Below are positions 49,201 to 56,802 of a DNA stretch of 64,000 nt, one piece after another (within the stretch, counting starts at the first letter, position 1; every line of letters begins with the position of its first letter). Below the pieces are notes generated by a model. It made no database searches. It had not been told where the DNA came from and saw only the letters and a program-made list of their open reading frames with translations. Location: IMG/VR virus record IMGVR_UViG_3300016478_000199; one strand, written 5' to 3'. The DNA comes from an uncultured virus (IMG/VR IMGVR_UViG_3300016478_000199) (Duplodnaviria; Heunggongvirae; Uroviricota; Caudoviricetes). A program made the translations under genes and the position numbers.

Positions 49201-50808
49201 GATGGCGCGAACCTGCTTGATTGCCTGCTCAGGCCCGGTCTTGCCCAGGGATACCTGCAGGCTATCCTGTTTGCCCTGCTTCAGCGCAACGACAAGAGCC
49301 GCGTTGGCCTCCATTTCTCCAAGCGCTTGTCCGAGGATTCGCTGCGCGTCTCCAATCGCCGCCCGACGCCGGGCATTGAGTTCCTGCGCCACGGCCAGAT
49401 CCGCACCATTCTGCGCTTCCTCGGAAAGTTCAATGGCTTTCGCCGCCTCGGTCAGATCGCGGGCTTTCTTCAGCGCCTCGGTCGACGTTTGCATGTAGTG
49501 GTTGACGTGCCAGTCCTGCATGCCGTCGGCCACGTGTTGAACATCGTCCGGCTGCAGATCGCTGTGCACCCGGCGAGCAAGCACCTGAGCGGCACCAGCT
49601 ATGCCGAGGACGTCAACAACAGATCGATCAACTAGCGCCTCGCCGCCCACGGCCAGGGCCAGGGAGTTGATGCTGTTATAAGCACCCACGCCGATATGGC
49701 CGCCAAGAGTTTCTTCCGGCTTGCCGCCTGCAATCTTGCCTACCTCGGACAGAAAGGCGACGGTCTGTGCTGTACGCAGGTCATTTGCAACCGCTTCACG
49801 TGCCTGGGCGTCAAGGTCTGCATCGCCGGTGGCCTCGATGACAAAGGCTTTCGGCTCGGTAGGCGACTTGTCGATGTCGGCTGCTGCAGCTCTGGCCTGT
49901 TTCTCGATCTCAGCCAGCCGCTTCCCTTCCTTGACCAGATCAAGCGCATCCTTGGCGCTAAGCAGGGTAGCGTCGGCGTTCGGCGCTGCAGGCTCCTTGA
50001 TCCCTTCCAGTTCTTGCTTGATCAGCGCAGCGGCCTGGCCTCGTGCAAAGGCGGCTTGCTTCTGCTCTGGCGTCATCTCGGCCAGCTTGCCCTGCTTGAC
50101 CTGCTGGGCCTCCATGGAAAGCTGCTCTTCGGTCAGCCCACTGGCCTCAGCCCGGCCTTTGTAGTCGGGATTGAAGCCCAAGCCGCTGACCTGCTTTGGT
50201 ACTGGCGCAAGGTCTTGCACAGAAAGCGCTCCGGGTTCCTCGCTGAATAGCGGAACCTCACCAACACCCGCGTCTGCGCGCGCAGCGGCATCGTTGACCA
50301 GCTTTTCCCGGCTCTGCTGAATTACTTCCTTGGCGCGGCTCAGCAGCTTGGCATGGTGGCGCTCCTTAACCTTGGCAAAAGCCTTTTCGGACAGGTGCGC
50401 GTAGTCTTCCTCGGGGAACTCAAGCTCCTTTTCATCCCAGCCGGCCTTCTTGGCCACAGCCTGAATGACTTCCCGCTCAGCCTGGCGCTTCTGTTCTTTC
50501 AGAGCCTTGCGCGCCTCCTGCTTGGCGCCATGGATGCCGGCCGCTTTGTCAGCCTGAGTCTGGGCTTTTTTCTGCTGCCGACGCTCTGCCGCCTTGGACT
50601 CGGCCTCGGCCTTGTATTCGGCCTTGGACTTAACGCCTCGCAGGCGCAGATGGTTGAGACTGCCTCCCGCGCCGCCAATAACCTTTGCTGATCCGTCAGC
50701 TTGCGGCTGGATCAGCACGGGCTGGCCCTTGCCGGTACCGTTCGGGTGAACAGTGATCCAATGGCTTCCAGGCGGTATAGATTTGGCAAGCAGGACAAGT
50801 CTTTTCAT
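46267..50808 (-). CDS. Large SF2/SNF2-like helicase, probable internal head protein
   Basis: AGAGSGKT, VDEAH, ASGDP, SDAGAVGMNLQ, QRNARIDRIGQ; located among head genes with late promoter. Confidence 0.85.
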   Translation of the reverse strand: MKRLVLLAKSIPPGSHWITVHPNGTGKGQPVLIQPQADGSAKVIGGAGGSLNHLRLRGVKSKAEYKAEAESKAAERRQQKKAQTQADKAAGIHGAKQEARKALKEQKRQAEREVIQAVAKKAGWDEKELEFPEEDYAHLSEKAFAKVKERHHAKLLSRAKEVIQQSREKLVNDAAARADAGVGEVPLFSEEPGALSVQDLAPVPKQVSGLGFNPDYKGRAEASGLTEEQLSMEAQQVKQGKLAEMTPEQKQAAFARGQAAALIKQELEGIKEPAAPNADATLLSAKDALDLVKEGKRLAEIEKQARAAAADIDKSPTEPKAFVIEATGDADLDAQAREAVANDLRTAQTVAFLSEVGKIAGGKPEETLGGHIGVGAYNSINSLALAVGGEALVDRSVVDVLGIAGAAQVLARRVHSDLQPDDVQHVADGMQDWHVNHYMQTSTEALKKARDLTEAAKAIELSEEAQNGADLAVAQELNARRRAAIGDAQRILGQALGEMEANAALVVALKQGKQDSLQVSLGKTGPEQAIKQVRAIGLMPGDYTLERVAGDTFLTVHASGMDRLAKPVAREDIQQVRRNLSIIRGDHDEDGWLPLGVANRPDLVMDVKPGVAPQLAKPFNPGEDLAESLRDYIGGRAADGDHAADILADIQSADFFQKVGPDRAKEYREALDQVAPLKDANGKQQRAEALAESFDKYADAYVGKMGGDITTVNRQKFTVDQKAVDALHRALSDTPEGVAAYKQIGELGHKDQRALREFFHRNVAKESPEVAQLRADLEAHEKAEPEKETTDMFGDTVANPEWKDWRAHRDNLAEKLNSGSLTWGKYVASMGGNAKAYEAVQDMIRSKVAKTFVDAHNRLNPDKPLKLGRAIIRNNLNHLDAVDPAARAARMEKDKALVDSLRNRVDGKYASGSVSDKITQAKEQQAAFEQAQMGFFSTEEAPAAQAGGEPAALAGDERHSLGHAAERQIAGMMGVVGQNFKPGQPTKLWNVSMSGKYVAQQRSIKLIAANKRVVLAAGAGSGKTNMMLGAHAHLAGLGKVKRSIMLVPSIVQGQFNGEALRLLEAGKFKTHIQPGASQAERIAAYKDPDNHICVMTHQSFRDDMIHLGAEQAGIHESQMTQKLAQMTTAERKAWAADVMAKEGINFDASFVDEAHDTLNRAGKENSSLSNVIEAVGHNTPYHVYASGDPIKNDPSEIHSMLQKMDPERYADRAEFMRRYGADTIASKDALKREMARYMFPTSITPDVQRDRKVETVPLSSGQQQALAELSKNLANARLARRAGKVDIEACKAISPGSFEGVPEADHEKVAAALQKSIGILKSSAINRIINTHPDNAKVAHAIELVKQREGKQGVIFARNRESIEQYKAALEKAGKRVVTITGSDSATDKDKKRRMFNPESGEAQADILIASDAGAVGMNLQSGQYLIQHDVSQTAKTHSQRNARIDRIGQKNGIELIDLVGDHPEEARARQRLTNKYDLKNMMADPMDGLDDTGVAGAISARRKAAQNGELSL

Positions 50809-50831
50809 GGAGCTATTCTGGGGTCACGACG

Positions 50832-51989
50832 CTAACCCAGCGTCGCGCGCAGCCAGTCTCCAAAATCCTTGTCATCGCCTGGCGCATCTTCAAGAACCGG
50901 AACCCAGCGCCCCCTGCAATGGGGGTGTGCCAGACCGGCTGGGAGATGATACAGCTCATCAGGCGTTCTCGGAACAAGAACCCCACCCACTCGCTTCATT
51001 GGTGAAGCCGAACGCCCGACGTTGTTCTTCCCCACCCAGATCATGGTGTCGGGATCTTTGTCGGGATGATCAGGGCTGACCACCGTGGCGACGACATCAT
51101 GAATCTTGCGGCAAAAAGCGCATGCGTCCTGATACTGCTCGACGCGCCGCACCTTGGTTCCCGGCTCAAGGGCTGCAATGAACCCTTGGGTCTGTGCCTC
51201 GCCAGCTTCGGTCACCGCTATGCGTCGCCAGTCACGGTTAAGGGTGGCGAACTCGTCAAGCAGCTTACTCTGCAGGGTCTGGCCAGGGGCGCCTGGCGCT
51301 TTGGTTTGCTCATCCTGCAGGTGCTGCACGATGGTGCTGCGCATCCGGTGCCTGACGGACTCGGTCAAGGCTCGCACGTTTTCAGCTGTCCGCACCTTGG
51401 CAAACTCAAGCACCGCCCTTTCGCGGGCCGGCAGGTTGAACTGGCTGGTCGCGCTGCCGACAGTGGATGGCAGGGCCTGCAGAATCTTGTCAGCCACCTT
51501 GCCGGTCATGATGGCCACCGCTGCAGCCTCCATGTTCGCCTGCACCTTGCCCATTAGGCTGGCTCGGGTGCTGAGCCATTCGGCCTCTGTGCGCAGCTCG
51601 TCAGCCGGCATGTAGCGCTGCACAACGTAGTCTACCGCCATCATGTGATCATCCAGCGACCATTGCGCCGGCGGAAGGCTTTCGAGGTACAGTTTGACCA
51701 GCGACAGTTCCGCCTCAGTCCAGCGCTCCATCATGCCAGGCCGAGTCACAGGCAACGTGGTCGGCTTGTGGTGCGATCCAGACTCCCAGGCCAGCAGCTG
51801 CTCTTGAACAGCGTCCAGGCGGTCAAGTCCTCGCTTGGTGAATAGCTCGACCAGGCGACGGATCAGCGGCGACTCGTGCGGACGCCAAATACCATCACCA
51901 CCGTGGTCGTGAGTTGACTTAAAAATGTACTCCAGCGCGGCATTCGTCGTGCGCTCGGACAGCGGGTAGATGTCAAGAAATAGTGCCAT
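50832..51989 (-). CDS. Head morphogenesis protein (SPP1 gp7/Mu F-like)
   Basis: RDWRRIAVTE, CAFC...HPHCRG. Confidence 0.82.
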   Translation of the reverse strand: MALFLDIYPLSERTTNAALEYIFKSTHDHGGDGIWRPHESPLIRRLVELFTKRGLDRLDAVQEQLLAWESGSHHKPTTLPVTRPGMMERWTEAELSLVKLYLESLPPAQWSLDDHMMAVDYVVQRYMPADELRTEAEWLSTRASLMGKVQANMEAAAVAIMTGKVADKILQALPSTVGSATSQFNLPARERAVLEFAKVRTAENVRALTESVRHRMRSTIVQHLQDEQTKAPGAPGQTLQSKLLDEFATLNRDWRRIAVTEAGEAQTQGFIAALEPGTKVRRVEQYQDACAFCRKIHDVVATVVSPDHPDKDPDTMIWVGKNNVGRSASPMKRVGGVLVPRTPDELYHLPAGLAHPHCRGRWVPVLEDAPGDDKDFGDWLRATLG

Positions 51990-52233
51990 GGGGTGACGGT
52001 ACGCTCACGACTGGAGAAGGACGCCCGGCCGGCTGCAATAGCCAGCAACCGGCCAGGACTTCCCCGATACGACTACCGGCTTCCATTCCGGCTCAGGGCT
52101 GCGCTCTCAGCTTTGCCTGCTGAATCGCGTTTCCGCGTCCAAACCACGAGCCGCGCGCGGTGGAAATTGCCCCGGCCATTTAGCCCTGGCCAGGCCCTGC
52201 CAGGCTTTCAGGGGTATGCTGGGCGTGAGAAGG

Positions 52234-52545
52234 TCACTTGTGGACGCCCTTGATCTGCTGAGGCGTCAGGTGCAGGCGCTCGGCCCTGGCTTCCGGTGGA
52301 ATGCCCAGGTAACGGCGCTTGCCGTGTTGGTTCTCGACGATAATACCGTCTTCGCCGTGGTGTAGCACCTTGTAACTCTGCTGCGTGCGGCTTTTGTGGC
52401 CGGCAATGTGCTCCCACTTCAGCTTGTGGCGCTCGCCTTCATGCTCGACCGTGCAGCCATGCCGGCCAGTGCACAGGACTTTTCCGCACTTCGGCTCACC
52501 CTTGTGGTGAAAGAAAACTTCGTCGCCAGGGTATGCACGGCTCAT
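52234..52545 (-). CDS. Hypothetical protein downstream of portal
   Basis: 103 aa, SH3-like beta pattern PGDEVFF...GKV...GRHG. Confidence 0.6.
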   Translation of the reverse strand: MSRAYPGDEVFFHHKGEPKCGKVLCTGRHGCTVEHEGERHKLKWEHIAGHKSRTQQSYKVLHHGEDGIIVENQHGKRRYLGIPPEARAERLHLTPQQIKGVHK

Positions 52546-52572
52546 GTCAAAACCCTTCGTATTCTTCGCTCA

Positions 52573-54288
52573 TCACAGTTCCACCCGCCACACGGGGAGG
52601 CCAAAGCTCTTTTGCATGTCCTCGCCATTGTCTTCGGCAGGCTCTTCATCCTGCTCGCCAGGCTGCTGACCTTGCTCTTCGCCTTCAGGCTGGCCTGGCT
52701 GATCCTGCTGCCCCGGCTGACCGCCGAACTGGCCGCCAGGCGCGTCCGGGTTGCCGTAGTCTTCACCTTGGCCCTGCTTGCTCTGCATGTAGGCGCCCAT
52801 CAGGTTCTGGTTGAGCGGTGCGTCGCCCCAGTCCTCTTCGATCTCATCCCAGCCACGCGCTTTGCGAGCCTCGTTGACCTTGCACAGTGCCTGCTCTTCA
52901 ATCCAGGCCTGTTCCGGCGTCATCTCGTCGAGGCCAGTCCAGCGGAAAACGTATTTATCGCTGAAGCCGGAAACAATGTAGTCGCTGAACAGGTCTTCGA
53001 AGTGCGAAAGCAGCGGGCGCAGACCCTTGTCCTTCGAGTTGATCAGCTTTTCTTCAGTGTCACTGCCAGACAGCGAGCTGGTGCCGGCGGTGAAGCTCTC
53101 AAAGTTGATCTCGTCCGGGGCGATGCCGTAGATCGCGCAGATGATCGAGGTCAGGAACGTCATCCACTTGGCGAACATGATCTCGTCGACGTCGACGCCG
53201 AACTTCTCAAATGCCGCCTTCGACTCGCTGTTCTTGGATACCATCACCGGCAGCGACCAGGCATTGTTGATGCCCTTGACCATGGCGTTCCAGTAACGCT
53301 TGAAAGCATTCAGATCCTGTTCGGCATAGTCGCCAGACAGGTGCAGAAGTCCTTTCGGTATCGAGTTGCTGTCAAAATACTTCAGGTTGTAGGTCATGGC
53401 GTTGAGGAAGCCGGTGACCACCTTCACCAGCAGTTCGACCTCGCTCATGCCGTAACCGCCGACCATGACGTCGGTGCGTGGGTTGCGCGGGACGTAGATC
53501 AGATCGTCGTAGGTGTAGGCTGCGCGGATGTTCCCCTGAACCACCTGCAGGGCGTACAGCTCGTCATCGCCACGGTATCCCTCTTCGCTGCATAGACGGA
53601 TGGTTGCGCCGTCCACCGCGTAGAAGCCGTCAAGGCCAAGGCGTCGGTCACGCTTCCACTCGGTCTCGATAGGCGAGCTGTCCAGGGTCAGGCTGTCGCG
53701 CACCATCTTGGCCATGAAGCCAGAGAAGTTATCGCGCTTCAGTCGCATGCGCTGGCGCGGGTCTGACTCCCAGCCGCAGTTGGTGAAGAAGCCTTCCAAC
53801 AGCTGGATTGACTGCTGTTCGCTCTTGCCCAGCTTGGCGGCTGGATCACGCGGCTTGATGGCAAAGCCAGGCCCTTTGCCCGATTCCTGTACCCGGCAGA
53901 AACGCTTGATCTGGCGCTGGCGGGTCATGATCACGGCAGACAGGATTGGCACCTGATCGACCATCATCCGCAGCATGTCGAAATTGAACGCACCAGGGCG
54001 CTCGTAGTATTCACCGAGAAGCTGAATGCGCCGATCATCGAGATAGACCGACTGCATGCCCGGGGTGCCGTTCTTGATCGCCATGCTTGGGTACGGGATC
54101 GCGTTCGGCTTGGTCAGCGCCTTGGTCAGTTCTTGCTCTTCATACTGACGCTGCATGAACTCCACGAATGGCAGCATATCCGCCACCGTAGACGGCAAAG
54201 CATCCTGCTGAGCAACACGCATGGCGTCGCGCTGCTCGTCGGCAGGCGCTGCAGGGTTATGGGCAACTTCGATGGCTTTATCGGTCAT
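52573..54288 (-). CDS. Portal protein
   Basis: RDSLTLD, VDGATIR, GYG.SE.E, YF...SIPKGLL, ICAIYGI.P.EI, GLRPLL, VNEARK..G. Confidence 0.92.
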   Translation of the reverse strand: MTDKAIEVAHNPAAPADEQRDAMRVAQQDALPSTVADMLPFVEFMQRQYEEQELTKALTKPNAIPYPSMAIKNGTPGMQSVYLDDRRIQLLGEYYERPGAFNFDMLRMMVDQVPILSAVIMTRQRQIKRFCRVQESGKGPGFAIKPRDPAAKLGKSEQQSIQLLEGFFTNCGWESDPRQRMRLKRDNFSGFMAKMVRDSLTLDSSPIETEWKRDRRLGLDGFYAVDGATIRLCSEEGYRGDDELYALQVVQGNIRAAYTYDDLIYVPRNPRTDVMVGGYGMSEVELLVKVVTGFLNAMTYNLKYFDSNSIPKGLLHLSGDYAEQDLNAFKRYWNAMVKGINNAWSLPVMVSKNSESKAAFEKFGVDVDEIMFAKWMTFLTSIICAIYGIAPDEINFESFTAGTSSLSGSDTEEKLINSKDKGLRPLLSHFEDLFSDYIVSGFSDKYVFRWTGLDEMTPEQAWIEEQALCKVNEARKARGWDEIEEDWGDAPLNQNLMGAYMQSKQGQGEDYGNPDAPGGQFGGQPGQQDQPGQPEGEEQGQQPGEQDEEPAEDNGEDMQKSFGLPVWRVEL

Positions 54289-54384
54289 ATTGGGGAGCCT
54301 AGCGTCACGACATATTTTGCGGCTGGCGCTTGTATTGAATAAGCATTTTTGATTACCATCGCCGCCGGCATGAGGTTACACTAA

Positions 54385-54633
54385 ATGCTCAACAAGACAC
54401 AGAAACTATTGCGAAAGCCTTGGCCTGAACTCTCCAAGAGAAAGACAAGTGAAGGCATAGAGAAATTCTGTCCGCGCTGCTGCGAATGGTGGCCGCACGA
54501 CGACGAGTTCTTCACCTTTATTCAGTCCAGAGGCCACTATCACAGCCACTGCAACGCCTGCAGAGCAGAGTCCAGCAGGATCAGGCGCAAAAAAAATCAG
54601 ACCGAGGGTAAGCCCCTCATGGAGACAGCGTGA
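54385..54633 (+). CDS. Small zinc-finger protein
   Basis: KFCPRCCEW...FF...SHCNACR; preceded by TTGTAT-N18-TACCAT. Confidence 0.7.
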   Translation: MLNKTQKLLRKPWPELSKRKTSEGIEKFCPRCCEWWPHDDEFFTFIQSRGHYHSHCNACRAESSRIRRKKNQTEGKPLMETA

Positions 54634-55097
54634 AAAAGACCCCACTTTATATCAAGAAGCTGCACACCGACGCAAAGCTGCCTAAGTACGCTACGCCGGG
54701 CGCCGCATGCTTCGATCTGAACGCCATTGTGGAAGGCAACGGCATGATGAACAGCAACGAAAAGCTGGTCACTCCTTACCAGCCTGTTTCGTTCCGTACC
54801 GGCCTGGCGTTCGAAGTGCCAGAAGGCTACGCCATGTTGGTGTTCAGCCGCAGCGGGCACGGCTTCAATAATGGTGTTCGGCTGTCCAACTGCGTCGGCG
54901 TTATCGACAGCGATTACCGTGGCGAAGTGCTCGTGAAGCTCCACTGCGACGCCGAAGGCCAGGGCGTGCTTGTCAAGCACGGCGACCGCATCGCCCAGGC
55001 AGGCTTGGTGAAGATGGAGCAGGTCGAGATGTTTTTGACCGACGAACTGAGCGAGACTCAGCGCGGCGAAGGCGGCTTCGGGCACACTGGCCAGTAG
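54630..55097 (+). CDS. dut: Trimeric dUTPase
   Basis: AACFDL, SRSG, GVIDSDYRGE, GDRIAQ, RGEGGFGHTG (motifs I-V). Confidence 0.97.
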   Translation: MKKTPLYIKKLHTDAKLPKYATPGAACFDLNAIVEGNGMMNSNEKLVTPYQPVSFRTGLAFEVPEGYAMLVFSRSGHGFNNGVRLSNCVGVIDSDYRGEVLVKLHCDAEGQGVLVKHGDRIAQAGLVKMEQVEMFLTDELSETQRGEGGFGHTGQ

Positions 55098-55127
55098 TTG
55101 CATTATTCATTTTCAATGCGTTAGAAT
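55098..55127 (+). promoter_or_regulatory. Sigma70-like promoter of the ncRNA cluster
   Basis: TTGCAT-N18-TAGAAT. Confidence 0.7.
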
Positions 55128-55487
55128 TTGGTTGTACCGCCCATGGCCACCTGGCCAGCGTAAGGGCCGCCGGATGCGGTAACCGGCCTGATCACCTGCT
55201 TTGCGTTGGGAGAACCTGGCGGGCAGGCTGTATCGGAGTGGTGATTGACTCAGCGCACAGCCGGCATTCTGCCGGGACAGTCACCACTACCGATGCAGAG
55301 CGGTGTGGAAAGCAGACACACAGCGCAATGTCGCTCCGAGCGTACCTGAACAACCGGAGGCGTGGTTTTCGCGTGGTGACGCGCGAAGTAAATAAAATCG
55401 GCGGATCAAGCGGCTCCACGACCGCCCGCAGGGAGTAAGGCTTTGACGGCCTAAGAGGATAGGCGGAGTTGCGACCGGCCTCTGCAC

Positions 55488-55784
55488 AAGAATTGCTGTA
55501 ACCCCCCTAACGGGGAAACGTGGCGGACGGGGGTTCGATTCCCCCCAGCTCCACCAAAAGCGCTTTGTGGCAAGCCGACCTCGGTGCACCGGGTAAGCGG
55601 CAAAGCGCTCCTGATGGGGCTGATCAGGATTCGACGCCGCGCGTAGTCGGATGGGGCAGCACGAGAGGCGACCGACGTAATCGGCGCAAAAGCGATAAAT
55701 GCCAATGACGAAAGTTACGGCCTGCGTCTTGTAGCCTAACCGCTACTGATGCCGGGTTCGCCCCACCTGGGAACAGAACGGGGC
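55488..55784 (+). ncRNA. ssrA: Circularly permuted (two-piece) tmRNA
   Basis: T-arm and CAGCTCC-A-CCA (ends 55556) precede the 5' end GGGGCTG..GGATTCGAC (55616); G3:U70; tag ORF 55701-55739 ANDESYGLRLVA*; outer ends approximate. Confidence 0.9.
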
Positions 55785-56675
55785 TTCGATTTCAGGATTC
55801 CTGTCGTTGGGAACTGACAGCCGGGAAAGACCGGCGAGACACGCTCCCGTGAGTCGTCAGATCGGGCAACAGCCGTAGAGCCTGGTCGCATTAAGTTGCG
55901 GCGGGTCGGCGGGGATAACGCCAAATAAGCGCCCCTGACAACAGCAAATGCTGCAAGCCGGTGGAAGGCCGGCACCATCACCCCGAAAGGGGCTGTATGG
56001 GACAGCGAGCGAAACAGCGTGGGAAAGGGCTGATCAACTGGCGGGGAATGGCTGGTGCCGCATGGGCGAGCAAACCACACCCAAGCCAGATGCCGGGTTC
56101 GACACCACACGCTTGGCGCTGTACGGGGGACGCCCTGGATTCGCTCGCTGTCCCATGCAGGCGAGTAAGGGAAACGGACGATGGGATAGGGGTCGCGCCC
56201 CGGTGTACCTAGAGCCGTGACTGGCGGAAAGCCTGCAGCCGTCGAGCAGCTGGGACTGCGCATACCGCGCAGCAGAGAGCCTGCACTGGTGCCTGATTAG
56301 CTATCAGGCCGCGCCCACTGCGAAAGTGTGGGTTGTATGGGAGAGTGATCTACCGGGTTCGATCCCCGGAGGTCGGGAAACGGGTAACGGGCCGTCCTGG
56401 CCGGAAGTGGCGACGATCACTCCCCCATGCAGGTATCGCGCAAGCTGAAGCGCTACAACTGGCAGGCGGTGCGTAAGTCCGGGGCCAGGGTATGAAAGCC
56501 GCCGGGGATCAGCGCCGGCCCTGCAGCAAATTGCTGGCACCGCCTGTACCAATCATTCTTTGGTCGGAAGCGAAAAAGTCGGGCGGTGCCGGCATCCAAA
56601 TCCCCGACGCCAACCGGGGAACCTCTGGAATGGGGTATCTGCGAAACTTGCCAGAAAGGTGATGGCGACTGGATT

Positions 56676-56704
56676 AAAAGCCCGCTTTTGCGGGCTTTTT
56701 CTTT
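56676..56704 (+). terminator. Intrinsic terminator of the ncRNA cluster
   Basis: AAAAGCCCGC-tttt-GCGGGCTTTTCTTT. Confidence 0.85.
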
Positions 56705-56802
56705 GCTCAACCTGTTGCAATACTCTGTTTTGATCAACTATTATTTGATTAAGCCGCGAAAACGGCTCAACCACCCGACGAATACTTAAGCAGGAAAGGA
56801 AA

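Larger units (their letters stand above)
55134..56704 (+). ncRNA. Putative polycistronic structured ncRNA cluster
   Basis: ~1.57 kb with no credible ORF, bounded by promoter and terminator; contains the tmRNA, three long stems and many hairpins/pseudoknots. Confidence 0.7.

Noticed and set aside
55516..55556. tmRNA 3' end as merely an att-site duplication
   Set aside because: The matching 5' end, tag frame and hairpin intervening segment follow immediately, giving a complete permuted gene, and no integrase is adjacent
56353..56369. T-arm-like CCGGG-TTCGATC-CCCGG as a tRNA gene
   Set aside because: No acceptor stem/CCA or D and anticodon arms at tRNA spacing; treated as payload of module 3
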